A stretch of 64,000 nt of DNA from Hydrolagus colliei (taxonomy: Eukaryota), in the NCBI GenBank assembly GCA_035084275.1, contig CM068744.1, positions 10,726,001 through 10,790,000 on the forward strand, given 5' to 3'. The first letter of the stretch is position 1, and the number at the start of each line of letters is the position of its first letter. Below are positions 25,088 to 37,740 of the stretch, in pieces. The notes beneath the pieces are model-generated. The model saw only the letters and a list, made by a program, of their open reading frames with translations, did no database searches and was not told the DNA's origin. A program made the position numbers and the translations under genes.

Positions 25088-26188
25088 AGGACATACTTGC
25101 CTTAGATTCACTAAGTTAGTTCCTGGGATGAGGGGACTGACCTACAACAGTAGGGAAGTCTTGCTGCAACTGTATAGGGCTTTGGTGAGACCGCACCTAG
25201 AGTATTGTGTGCAGTTTTGGTCTCCTTATTTAAAAGAGGACATACTTGCCTTAGAGGGGGTGCAGCGTAGATTCACTAGGTTAGTTCCTGGGATGAGGGG
25301 ACTGACCTATGAGGATAGGTTGAATAAACTAGGGCTGTATTCTCTAAAGTACAGAAGAATTAGGGGAGATCTTATTGAAACATATAAGATTCTTAAAGGG
25401 CTGGATAAAGTAGACACTGAGGGACTGTTTCCCTTGGTAGGAGAATCTATAACCAGGGGTCACAGTCTTAAAATTCAGGGTCAGCCTTTTAGAACAGAGT
25501 TGAGGAAACATTTCTAAACTCAGAGGGTAGTGAATTTATGGAACTCACTACCCCAGAAGGCTGTAGATGCTCAGTCCTTGAAAATTTTCAAGGCTGAGAC
25601 TGATAGATTTTTGAAAAATAGAGGGATTAGGGGATATGGGGATAGGGCAGGTAATCAGAGTTAGGTGAGAAGATCAGCCATGATCTTATTGAATGGCAGA
25701 GCAGGCTCGAAGGGCCGAATGGCCTACTCCTGCTCCTAATTTTGATGTTCTTATGACCTATGAGGATAGGTTGAATAAACTAGGGCTGTATTCTCTAGAG
25801 TACAGAAGAATTAGGGGAGATCTTATTGACACATATAAGATTCTTAAAGGGCTGGATAATGTAGACTGTGAGGGACTGTTTCCCCTGGTAGGACAATCTA
25901 TAACCAGGGGTCATAATCTGATAATTAAGGGTGAGTCTTTTAGAACATAGTTGAGGAAACATTTCTTTACTCAGAGGGTAGTGAATTTATGAGGCTGTAG
26001 ATGCTCAGTCCTTGAACATTTTCAAGGCTGAGACTGATAGATTTTTGAAAAATAGAGGGATTAGGGGATATGGGGATGGGGAAGGTAATTAGAGTTAGGT
26101 CAGAAGATCAGCCATGATCTTATTGAATGGCAAGGCAGGCTCGAGGGGCCGAATGGCCTACTCCTGCTCCTAATTCGTATGTTCTTAT
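25088..26188 (+). mobile_element. Young CR1 LINE 3' end, tandemly duplicated
   Basis: 'LYRALVRPHLEYCVQFWSPYLKEDILALEGVQRRFTRLVPGM...RGDLIETYKIL...RGHSLK' and the CR1 3' UTR 'ggccgaatggcctactcctgctcctaat...gttcttat', present twice (ending ~25753 and ~26188). Confidence 0.93.
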
Positions 26189-28670
26189 TACATGCTCTAA
26201 TCACAAGTCCTATGCTGACCGATGTCCCCAATGTATACAAGGTGTTCTCTAAGCCCTAGTGTAACAACCACCGGAACAAGGAGCTGAGTAAAATAATTGA
26301 TCAAACCTTTGTACACTGCTATATAAACAGCCTGTGAAATTAATTAGGAGGGAATTAGTGTTTGGAAGACATATGCAATAGGAGTGCAGGAGTGTCTGGT
26401 ATGTATTTATCTCAATTTGTCTAAGTAAGTGATGAATTCTTTGTAGGTTTTATATTGTGCCTTATATGCTTTCCCGTGAAATAGTCAGCGATTATGAAAA
26501 ACAGTGGACCTTTGGTAGTACTGTACAATTATCATTGTTCATCAATCCAAGTAAAATGAAACTACCAGCAAGGGTTTGAAGACAAAAGAAGTTTGTACTC
26601 TTTTCAGATTGGAAACTGTGTGTACCATTTATTTATTAATGGTAGCAAATCCAATGTTTAGGCAACGGTTAGAGGGATTCACCTTAAAAAATATAATGAC
26701 TACACTTTAAAGTGCTTTAAGTTAACCTGCTAATACGAAAGGCATTAACTGAAACATAAGAATTGTTTAAGTTTTCTTTCCTTTGAAATTGAAATGGTCC
26801 TTCATATAACAAAAAGATTCCCATGTGATTTTGGTCCCAAGTCAAGCTCTCTGGATCGCTACCCTTCATGAGGAGAGGTGTATAAATGCAAATTGTTATT
26901 TTTGTTTTCGCAAACAACAACAACCACAACAAAATTAAATTTTTAGAGCGTCTTTCACGTCGGGAGGACGTCCCATTAGTTAAATGAGAATGATTTAGTT
27001 AAATTAGTTAAATGAGAAATATTGCTCAGGTTTTTTTCAGTGTGATTTTCTGGAATACACCTGCACTTAGCTGTTATAATGAATGAAAATTGTAATGTGC
27101 GGTGCAAGTCACTGACGATCTCTCTATTCCAAGTATTCTGCCCTTTCATGTAATTTTTTGGGTAGCAGAGTGATTGACAAAATTAATCCTAACCTGAAGC
27201 AATCCTAGTGCTTTTATCAAGATAAAAAAATGTCTAAAGCATTCATGACAATTGCTCAATACATATGAAATCAATGAGAAAATTGATCTATAAACCAATT
27301 ATACAATTCATCACAAAAGCTGAATTATAAAAGTGTGCATTTTTATTCCAACAGCAGAACAAGTCATACATTTTTCACTGTCATACTCTAACAATGTACT
27401 TCAATGGTATCTCATCCATCAGGGTTATTAAGAAATATTGCATTTTGATTGCAACATAGATATGCCATATAAAATACATTCATCCGGTGACCATTGAATG
27501 AATGTTCCAGTATTTGTTACTGGTGGATAGTGCGTAATTTACTTCTTAACCCATCCATTTCTCCACCAAAGTTAATTTTTCTTGAATTATTTGGCATTGG
27601 ATTGACCCTTCCTCATCTCCGATCCTTCTCTTCATGGTACAGTACCTCCAGTTTCAATGAGCAGTAGAACTGAGCTCTATTCATCCCTTTCAACAAACAG
27701 TTAAAGTTCTAAACAATAATGCTTATCTGTTGCCGTTTGCAATTAGAGACTTAATACTGAAAGTAAATACGTCTAAAAGTCAATTTGCCAGACAAACGTT
27801 GCCTACATTGGCTCATATGTGAGTCCGAGCTATTAATGTTCATATGGTCATATGGTCAATCAACTATTAAAAAGGTTTGAGTATAACAATGTTTCTGTTT
27901 TTACAAAATATGCATGGCAAGTCATTTAATTAATGACACCCACATTGAACGTCCCCCCAAAAAATCTTATTTTTACAAAGTGTATATTGGCTGCTCTCAA
28001 TAGTTTATTTAATAGTTTTGGCATGTTACAACTTTCTGAATACAAATTAAATATCACCCTGAAATGTACTTATTTGGCTATGTTGATAAATAACAATTAT
28101 TGAACAGCTATAGAATAGTATTCAGCAATGGAAATATATTGAAGAGTAAATATGCTTGGTAGGAATTCAACATCTATTCATTGAAATTGGGACACTTTGG
28201 TGAGCATTTTTGAAAGGTTTCATATGTTTTAAAATCCTTGCATTTCCTTAGATTTGAATTTATTTGATAGTATATCTTCTTATAGTCGTTGATATTATCC
28301 TCATCTACATTGCAAATCTTTCAACCACAACATATAGAATCATTTCATTTTATATCAAGTAGATTCTGTGAAACGCTTTGAGACATCTTGAAGACATGTT
28401 AAGGCGTTATATCAAATGCAAGGATTATTATTATTATCTTCTGAAGCCTGCAGTAAAGATTGTACATTTTATAAAGGTTCTGTTGCTCTGATGCTTCTTC
28501 CAATAATATTTTGCAACATATATAATATAGATACAATGTCCTCACATTATATCTGATGCAAAACTTTGCACTTTGCTTTTCCTGCATTTCGACTGTGCCT
28601 CAGATGGCGATGTCTGCTATTCTTTGTTGATAATAGCCAAGGGAAACTCACTTGTTGAGATCCTTGAATC

Positions 28671-28706
28671 TTGAGAGAGAGAAAGAGAGCGCTTTCTCTC
28701 TCTCAA
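28671..28706. repeat. 15-bp perfect inverted repeat of GA/TC sequence
   Basis: ttgagagagagaaag-agagcg-ctttctctctctcaa. Confidence 0.9.
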
Positions 28707-28768
28707 TGGATCGCTTGCAAAGTATGAAATTCGGATTATAGGATTATGTAAAAAATAAACTTTGTAGG

Positions 28769-28824
28769 ATAATATTGTAACCATATGTATGGATGAATAA
28801 TATTGTAACCATATGTATGGATGA
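28769..28824. repeat. 28-bp perfect tandem duplication
   Basis: ataatattgtaaccatatgtatggatga x2. Confidence 0.95.
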
Positions 28825-30049
28825 ATACACTGGATTTATTTCATTCTGAAGCTCAAGTACTTAATCAATGCACAACAACCCAATTTAATAACATTTATGT
28901 TTTTGAACACTTTTTAAATAATCTAATAGACTACAATAGACTAATCGGAATATAAACACATCAAAATGCAGATCCTCATTAATAAATTACAGTATAAAGT
29001 CTCTATTTTTAGGGCTCAATAGTAAGTTTGGAAATAACCATCATCAGCCACGCAGAGACAACAAAACAAACGCATGAATGGTTCTTATTTCATATTCTAT
29101 AGGATTGATGAAACGACTGGGGTTTAATACTTAATACTTGATTAATGTTTCAGGAATTGGATGCTCCTCCTTGACTGTGGCAGCTATATGAATTGTTTTA
29201 AATGTATAGGAAAAATTATGGCAAGGGACCTTATGATCTTTTGCCTAGTTACAAGACCAGGCAGAATTATCAGACAAAACAATATCACCGGACAGATTTA
29301 GATATCTTTGGGACACCCTGCCAAGGATTGTAATTATGGAGCCTGAAAGACGCTTTATAAATGCAATTTTTTGTTGTTGTTGTTGTGATTGATTGATTTT
29401 TCTAAAATGTTTGTTTCTTTTCCCTCTTTAGGTCTGACTGGTCAGTATGAGATTCCTATAATGATATGGGTGGTGAGGCGACTTTCTTCCAAGTCTCAGT
29501 CAATGCTTTTCTTTGACTCATAATCTTGAATCTCTCCATGTGACGAAGAGGCAAGCCTCTGTTGAGTCATTGCTTCAAGATGACCTGGGTGAGATTGGGA
29601 GCTTAGAGTGTGTGAAATCTGCAATCTTTCAATTCTTACTACCAAACCCCAAGGACAATCTTATTCAAGAATTATTCTATATTTATAATACATTTAATCT
29701 ACATTTGGATAAAATTTGCATAGCCCTTAAGGAATGGAAGCATAAAGAATTCTTTCAGTGTAAATTATATCTTATCAAACTATTTTATAATGAAATCTGG
29801 CTCATCAGCAGGACTTGGAAGGGTGAGGAATCATGGGGACAGGGAATTCTCCCACTCGGCTCTTGTTAATCCTGAAAGTCAAAGACCAAATGGGTAGGGT
29901 AGTCCCAGCTAGACAAGCCACAGGAAAGCGTGCCCGCCAGTGATATCAAAGGCAAAGTATGTGTTTTTTGCTGGTGAGACTCCAACAGTAGCTCAACCCA
30001 AATTCTGGGATCTCCAAGTCTTAGCTCTTGATCTGCAGCCGATTCCTCC

Positions 30050-30545
30050 CTCTATAGGCTGCAGATCATACAGAACTTTGTAGCCCATGTCCTTTCCCAC
30101 ACCAGGCTCTGCAAACCTATCACTCACATCCTCGCCCGAACCCACTGACTTCCCATCACCCAGAGGATTAAATTCAATAACAGACCCGAGCTGGAGACAG
30201 GGGGTGGAGGGCCTCCTAACTACCTACCAACCTGTCCGCTACCTCAGCTCAGTGGGCTCCAGCCAGCTCCACTTGACCCAACCCACCCACCCCACCATCA
30301 GCTGTCAAGCCTTCAGCAATTCTGTCCCCAACCTTTGAAATTCCAACCCGCAATCCCTACGCCTCGCCCCCTTCCTAGCCTCCTTCAAGTCAAGTCTCAA
30401 GCTTTGGCCTTGTCAACCCTCTTCAACCCTTCACTCCACCCTCCCCAATCCCGACTCCTAGCTTGGGTCCAAAACACCAACAGTGCAGCGCCTTGGGACA
30501 TCTTCCCAACATGAAAGGTGTTATACAAATGCAATTGTTGTTATT
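30050..30545 (+). mobile_element. L2 3' fragment
   Basis: Degenerate 'LHxLPITQRIKF', 'AFSNSVPNL' motifs and tail 'gcgccttgggacatc...aaatgcaattgttgtt'. Confidence 0.7.
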
Positions 30546-31524
30546 GAAGAGCTGGGATCCTAATAGAACCAAGAGCACCCAAATGGCAAACATTTGGAAT
30601 CGCTCCAACCTGTTCATGTGAACCAAACATCCTAAAGTGTCTAGTACGGCCACTCTGTATAAAGTATTATATGTGTGGCCTGTGCTTTTTTGCTACTTTG
30701 TGGAAATGCTTTTGTGTTGAAACAAACTATCTGATTTTATGTGGAAGCAGATGAGCTGGTCTGTTCTGAAAGTACATTTTGTGAAAAACAATAACCTCTT
30801 ACGGCAGCTTAGCTTGAAGAATAAGTATTATTTTCAAGGTTGAATACATGTCAACCAATATTTTATATTGCTATAAATTGTAAAATTTCCTGAGAACAGT
30901 AAAACAACAACTTCGATTTATATAGTGCCCTCCACGCCGGACGGCATCTCAGAGCGCTTCAAAGTACCTTTCTTATCCACCCTCCCCGAGCCTGAGCCAT
31001 CCCCCCCCCCCCCCCCCCCCGCACCACCCCCACCCCCACCACCCCACTTCCCTCCACTCTCTCCAAGCCCAACCCCAGCTCAGGTCCGAAACGCTGACTG
31101 ACCCGTGCCTTGGGGCATCCTCCCGATGTGAAAGGCACTGTATAAATGTAATTTTGTTGCTGTTGTTGTTGACAGCCTGCCTTGATGCTTTCTGGAATTT
31201 TTGGTGGGATTTGTCATGATCTTTTTATAAATACATTAGATCATCTGGATGCTTCCCTCCCTTCTATTCCACAGGAACTCTCAGTTTGGTTAGAATAGTG
31301 TACTCGTAAGCATGGTGATGAGATTCCTCATGTGTCAGACACCTGTCTGACCAAAATAAATCAAAAGTTTTCTTTGCCTTTTTCTGTTTGCAGATGGAGA
31401 GATATATATGCATGGAACTGCAGAGGAAGAGTTAAAGAAGGAACATTCAATTTGAAGGATTCACTGAAGTGCTTGGGATTACAATAGAAAATCACAAACT
31501 GAAAATCCTTTACAGAGAGTTAAA

Positions 31525-32559
31525 ATGAACATGAGTGTTTTTGAGAACACAGAAACTGTGGAATTCTGCTATGCATCTGTGAATGGATCGTGCCTGAGAG
31601 CAATCCGATCAACTGGTGCCCGAGTCACACTCTACGTGCTTGGAGCATTGGCAATTCTGGTCACTTTGTTTGGTAACATGTTTGTAATCATTTCAATCTC
31701 ACATTTCAAACAGCTCCACACACCCACCAATTACCTTGTTCTCTCATTAGCAGTTGCAGACTTCCTACTGGGATGTATGGTTATGCCTTACAGTTTGATA
31801 CGATCCATAGAATCCTGTTGGTATTTTGGAATCTTGTTTTGCAAACTACACACCAGTTTTGATTTAGTGCTGTGTGCAGCTTCGATCATCCATCTGTGCT
31901 GTATATCTGTTGATCGTTACTATGCTGTGTGCAACCCACTTAAATACAAAACCATAATGACTGTTTCGACAGTACTAATCATGATCTTCCTCAGTTGGGC
32001 TCTTTCTTTTTTGGTGGGATTTGTCATGATCTTTTTAGAATTACATTTAGTAGAAATTAAGTATTTCTTCTACAGTGAAATATTTTGCTTTGGAGGCTGT
32101 CCACTAATGATGGGTAAAGTCTGTGCATTAGTCTACTCAACAATTTCATTTTATTTCCCAGCATTTATTATGGTGTGTATTTACTCAAAGATTTATCTTG
32201 TCGCCAAAAAACAGGCCAGAACAATAAATAACTTATCGAGGAAAGTCCAACCCACCAGCGAAGGCAACAGTTTAAATTCACAAAGAAGTGAAAGAAAAGC
32301 AGCAAAAACCTTGGGAATTGTAATGGGGGTATTTATACTCTGCTGGTCTCCATATTTTGTCTGTGATGTTATAGAGCCCTTTATTAAATATACAACCCCG
32401 CCTATTTTGTTTGATGCTTTTTTTTGGGTTGGTTACCTGAATTCTACATTCAATCCAATGATCTATGGATTTTTTTATTCCTGGTTCAGGAAAGGTTTGA
32501 AAACCATTTTGACCTGCAAAATATTTGCACCCGATTCCTCAAGAATAAATCTATTTTGA
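31525..32559 (+). CDS. TAAR1: Trace amine-associated receptor, TAAR1-like (intact, single coding exon, 344 aa)
   Basis: 7TM class A GPCR: 'ISHFKQLHTPTN', 'LAVADF', D3.32 in 'KLHTSFD', DRY, 'KAAKTLGIVMG', CWxP, and the TAAR fingerprint '[16 protein letters not shown]'. Acceptor 'tttctgtttgcag' ends at 31393; AATAAA at 32924. The family call is secure; the TAAR1 subtype is a by-eye resemblance only. Confidence 0.93.
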   Translation: MNMSVFENTETVEFCYASVNGSCLRAIRSTGARVTLYVLGALAILVTLFGNMFVIISISHFKQLHTPTNYLVLSLAVADFLLGCMVMPYSLIRSIESCWYFGILFCKLHTSFDLVLCAASIIHLCCISVDRYYAVCNPLKYKTIMTVSTVLIMIFLSWALSFLVGFVMIFLELHLVEIKYFFYSEIFCFGGCPLMMGKVCALVYSTISFYFPAFIMVCIYSKIYLVAKKQARTINNLSRKVQPTSEGNSLNSQRSERKAAKTLGIVMGVFILCWSPYFVCDVIEPFIKYTTPPILFDAFFWVGYLNSTFNPMIYGFFYSWFRKGLKTILTCKIFAPDSSRINLF

Positions 32560-33129
32560 GCAAACAGCAGCAAAAAGAGAAGCTATGTGATGTAAAACAA
32601 AGAGTGTTCCTGTTTCGCCCCTGACTTGTTTGCATTGATGATTTATCATTTCTACGTTGTGTACTTATCATTATTTTAATTTCAGCAGCCATAAAAAGTG
32701 TCTTAGTTGTTACGCTAAGTTATATACATAGCATGTGGTTGTCAGGCATGAACAATGGGCAAGCACATCATTGGAGATTTATCAAATTATACAATGGAGT
32801 GAAAGACATGGATAAACATTTGAAGGAACAGGTACCACCATACACCAAATAGGCTGAATGTCCTCTTTCTGTGCTGTAAATGTTCTAATTTGGTGATATG
32901 TAGTAATTGTGATCTTGTGCTTGAATAAAAAATGGTTTCTATCCTTTGTGATGAGTATAAGTTGTTGTATTCAGCTTTGTACAATAATGAAAATGTAGGG
33001 TTGTCACATTTTGTCATGACTCTAATGAAACAGACGTTGAAGTGGAGGTGGAAGTGAAGCAGGCATCATAGATTGAAGTTTGTATGTTTTCTATATAAGA
33101 ATATATAGTGAGGATTATATTTATTGATA

Positions 33130-33540
33130 GCCTGGATCAGTTCATAGCATTCTGAGTCACAAGGTTGTAGGTTCAAGCCTTCCATTGGGACTTTGAACTC
33201 AAGTTGACTAGACTGACACTCTTGTGTGGTGCTGTGGGGTGCTGCATTCATGGTGGTACCGTCCTTTAGATTAGACAATGAACTGATGTCCCATCTGCCT
33301 ATTCAGGTGGATGTTGAAGATCCAGTGGCACTATTTTAAAAAAGAAAGGAGTTCCTCTCAATGTCCTCACCAAGAATCCCCCAAATAAAATTGATTGTCA
33401 CCTCTGAGCTGATGTGGTTTGTGATGTGCGTAAATTGGTGCTGTGTTCGCCCACAAATAGACTGCCACTACATTTTACATTAAGTACTTTGAGACGTCCT
33501 CCAAATGTAAAAAGTGCTATTTCAAATGCAAGTATTATTA
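33130..33540 (+). mobile_element. Deu-domain SINE
   Basis: Head 'ctgagtcacaaggttgtaggttcaagcc', core 'ggtggtaccgtcctttag...ttcaggtggatgttgaagatccagtggcactatt', L2-type tail. Confidence 0.8.
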
Positions 33541-34679
33541 GAATCAATTATAAGCACAAAGGAAACTGACTCCTGATTTATCCTTTAGATTGCTGGCACG
33601 TGTATGAAAACCATCTCTGTAGACTGACTAGCTATGTCTGATCTCCATGCACGGTGACATTAAACAAATCAGTTACTCAAAAATCAGGACAGTTTTATTA
33701 CTATAATAGCAACGAACCCAAAGCTAGTTATTCACCCATAGAATACACATCGAACCATTATACAGTAAAAACAAATTGCTTTGAGACATCTGATGCCATG
33801 ATAAGGCGCTGTATCAAATGCAAGGATTGTTATTATTATTTCATATCTTTTATTCACTTTTTGTTATTTTAAATACTTTTTGACCTATGACAACTCTTTT
33901 TCTACTTATTTGTTTTAACCTTTATTCAAAGTATTTAAAACTTGAAACCAAATTTTTGCCTTTCTACTTTTGTTCCAGTTCCCATCATTTCGGAAGTTAA
34001 GAACAACCTACTTTTTAATGGCTGAAAACCAACTTCACATAACAACAATTTACATTTACACAGCCTCCTTCATATGGGATAGAATCTCGGAACACTTAAT
34101 ACTGGCATAGATTGATGCCAAGCTGGGATGAAAGGGGAGGTTATCATCAGCACGGTCGTTAAGGAAAATCTTCAAGTGCAATTTGAAGATGCGCAAAAAA
34201 GGGGGCAAGGCAGAGGAATTGAGGTAGGGAGTTCCAGAAGTTCAGGGTACACTAGTTGAATGCATGGCCATATGTGGAGCAGAGGGGTCAAGAGATGTTC
34301 AGAAGGTCCATCCTGTCAACACAAATGGGCTGGTGGAGGAGTGGGGTATGAGCAGGTCTAGAAGTGGGGTGCGAGCAGATGGTAGAGGTAGGGAGGTGCC
34401 AGAGTATGAGGATAATGGGATTAAGTTCAGTTTCACCATTTATGATATAAATGAATTTCTTGATGACTGCATCATTGTAATTCCACCCCTCCTCACCAGG
34501 TACTTATGATTGCTTAATCACTGTTATGTTTACTAACCTTGGTGGATGAATGTACCTTATATTTCTCCTGCCTGCACATGTGCTGAGCTGTAGGTGTGAG
34601 AATCTGACATTTCATTTCACATTGCCTAGGATAATCAGTAAATAATACACTGCTCCCCTATCTAGGGGTACATTTAACT

Positions 34680-35170
34680 GTCATCAGCAGTGCCTTGGAA
34701 TACTGCGGAAACACCTGGCTCAAAAACCAGACTACTGAGACAACTAGAATGGGTTCAATTATAATATTCTATTGCTAAACATGTTGCCTTGGAGTCAGTT
34801 CAACTTCAAGCAGACTCACTTTACCTCCCCGTCAATGAGGATAATCATTATTTGGTCATTTGATAACCAACAAGTGTGGGTTTGAGCTCTCACTGGATGG
34901 ATGGCAGGTATCAGGAACTCACTGAGAGCATACTGGTGGGCAATGCAGCTCAGCATGAAATGCGTGTGAGCATTGCCACCATCTTTCTGTCCGCAGCTCA
35001 GACACACATCCCTTGGGCAGCAGAAGCTTATCTCTGCAAAAAATAATTAAGGTAAATTCTAAGTACAGGACTTACAAATGTGTGTTCACTATCCCAGATC
35101 CCAGCAGCTGTCAAAGTTTCAGAGATTCACCATCAGCTATGTGAGAGATATCTGCCCTCAGTATGGTAGG
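34680..35170 (-). mobile_element. Ancient LINE endonuclease-domain fragment (homologous to 51630-52535)
   Basis: Long alignable match to 51630-52535; minus-strand translations resemble APE-domain 'GxYHPPS...HLSD...YP...IIL.G' motifs. Confidence 0.5.
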
Positions 35171-35171
35171 C

Positions 35172-36085
35172 CGAGCTAGGGGGAGGGAGAAGGTGACCTT
35201 AGGCGCGGTCAAACAGAAAGGTCTTCAGGCGCGACCTGAAAATGGAAAAGGAGGGAGAGAAGTGGAGGGATTGAGGGAGAGAGTTCCAGAGTTTTGGGGC
35301 GTAGTGACTGAAATCACGGCTGCCAACGGTGGAGCGGAAGATTCAGGGGCCAAGGAGGAGGCCAGTAGAGCAGAGGCAGCAACAACAACAACAACAACAA
35401 ATTACACTTATAAAGAGCCTTTCACGTCGGGAGGACGTCCCAAGGCGCTGCACAGGAGGCGTGTGACCCGAGCTGGGAGGGGAGTGTACGGGGAGGGATG
35501 AAACACGTAGGGGAGGTCGAAAAATTCTGGGTGGAACAAAAGGCACGGTCGAAGAGGAAAGTCTTCAAACCGGCCTTGAAAGAGGAAAGGGAAGAAACGA
35601 GACGGAGGGATTGGGGGATGGAATTCCATAAGGTCGGAGCAGATAAACTGAAGGCCCGGCCTCCGATGGTGGGGCGGTTCGGGCGGGGGGCTTGGAGCCA
35701 AGTCCTGCTGAATGGAGGGTCCGGGTGGGCTTGTAGGTGGAGAGTAAATTGGTTAAATAGGGCGGGGCAAGGCCATGTAAGGCCTTGAAGGTGAGGACGA
35801 GGATCTTGAACTCGATCCTCTGGAGGAAGGGGAAGGGGAGCCAGTGGAGACGGGCGAGGGTGGGGGTTATATGGTCGCGGAGGTGGGTGCGGGATAATAC
35901 ACGGGCTGCAGAGTTTTGGATGACCTGCAGCCTGTGAATGGAGGAGCTGGGGAGGCCGACGAGGAGAGAGTTTCCGTAGTCCAGCCTTGAGGTGATGTAT
36001 GCGTGCACGAGTGTTTTGGCAGCGTGGGGCAGGTACTCATGTGAGGAGAGAGGAAGGTTAGAGAGGTAAGGGAAGGTGCAGAGGA
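35172..36085 (-). mobile_element. Two adjacent L2 3' fragments
   Basis: '[25 protein letters not shown]...ARLHWLP...[22 protein letters not shown]'; (CAA)n tail at ~35380-35400. Confidence 0.88.
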
Positions 36086-36679
36086 AATCCACCTCATGAC
36101 TTGGGCCTGGATATTGCAAATGGGCCAGAGGAAGCCTCTCTACTGCATCACCAAGAGCTTGGATCCATAAAGGAGGATTATTTGGACACAGGTCTTATGT
36201 CCCCCAAGCTTGACTTGCATTGGGACCTTGATGTCATTGAAGTTAAACGAGCATAGATGGCCCAATCTATGGTCCTTCAGGATGGGCCCAAGCGAAAGGT
36301 GGTGCCTACCTTCCAGGTACCAATAAGAGTTAACAATTGGGACTGATGCTGCTTGTATCTTCCAATTAATACAACAAACCTACAACAACTTCCACTTGTA
36401 CAGCGGCATCCATGCAGGGTAGCATTTCGGATGTCTTCTCTTGAGCTGTGCTGAATCATAATTCCATACTTGCGGCTACCCACTATCATGCCCCAACAGA
36501 TGGCCTGAAGTTCAAGATGGTGAAGGCAGAACAAATGTCCGTTACCCGCACAATATATCTGCAATACGTTATCTTGCAATTCTGTCTGAAAGGCCTGGAA
36601 CAGAAACCCTACCCCCCCAATAATAAATTGGTCATTTCAATCCATGACTGTATGTGGGACACTGCCGTGCACAATTGAC

Positions 36680-37400
36680 TGCTGCGCATGTTTCTCACCT
36701 CCTCCACCTTCCCGGCCTGCCCCTAAAACTCTCCGAACCTGTGCGCAACCTAGGCGTCAGGTTCGATCCCCAACTATCCTTCCTCCCTCACATCCGGTCC
36801 CTCACCAGCACCGCATTCTTCCACCTCAAAAGGATCGCCCGTCTCCGGCAATACCTCACCCCAAAAGCCGCTGAAACCTTGGTCCACGCTTTTGTCACGT
36901 CTCGACCGGACTATTCCAATGCCCTCCTCGATGGTCTCCCCTCCACCACAATCCACAGAGTCCAGCTGATTCAGAACTCTGCCGCCCGCATACTCACCTG
37001 CACCAAGCTTCACCCCCTACCCCATTATTCCAGTCCTTGCCAGAATTCACTGGCTCCCTATCCCAGAGAGGATCAACTTCAAGATCCTCACCCTTGTCTT
37101 CAAATCCCTCCACTCCTCTTCACCCCCCTACCTCTCTGATCTCCTCTCTCCTCAAACCAGCACCCGGTGCCTTCGCTCCACCGGGCTGGCCTCCTCCATT
37201 TCTTCCGAATCCTCCGCCCCACCCTCGGTGGCTGTGCCTTCAGCCACTCTGCCCTGAGGCTCTGGAATTCCCTTCCTCACTCCCTTCGCCTCGCCCCCTC
37301 TCTTCCCATTTTCTGGTCCCAGCTGAAGACCTTTCTCTTCGACCATGCCTTTGGTCACCTTTCTACCCCTGCCTCTGGCTCGGTCCCGGGATCCGCTATT
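36680..37400 (+). mobile_element. L2 LINE 3' portion
   Basis: 'VRNLGVRFDPQLSFLPHI...AETLVHAFVTSRPDYSNALL...LIQNSAARIL' and 'LWNSLPHSLRLAPSL...LKTFLF'. Confidence 0.9.
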
Positions 37401-37402
37401 GT

Positions 37403-37740
37403 AATAATAAATAATAATCCTTGCATTTGATATAGCGCTTTCCACATCTTATCAACGTCCCAAAGCGCTTCACAGAATATACTGTAAAGTGAATTGACTG
37501 TATATATTTGTGGGCAAATCACGGTAGCCAATTGCGCACAGCAGTGTCCCACACACGGTCGTGGATTGAAATGACCAATTTTATTATTGTGTTTTTATGG
37601 AGGGATTATTATTAGGCGTGTGGAGTAAGGAAACTTGCCCAAGGTTTCGCCCTGACCTGCCTGGATTCGAACACAGGTCTCCCCAGCTTGGTTTCCCCAG
37701 CTTGCAAGACAAATGCTCTAACCACTGAGCCATAGGAGCT
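37403..37740 (-). mobile_element. Full-length young tRNA SINE inserted into the L2 tail
   Basis: Near-identical to 14761-15095; the L2 tail resumes at ~37745 ('gtggagcgctctgagacgcc...gttgttgttg'). Confidence 0.9.

Noticed and set aside
29432-29471. Small candidate 5' UTR exon of the TAAR1-like gene (tttag|...|gtgagg)
   Set aside because: Only splice-like motifs; such matches are common by chance and need RNA evidence.
31001-31050. Poly-C / G-quadruplex-like tract
   Set aside because: Lies within an L2 3' UTR pyrimidine tract; ordinary for this family.
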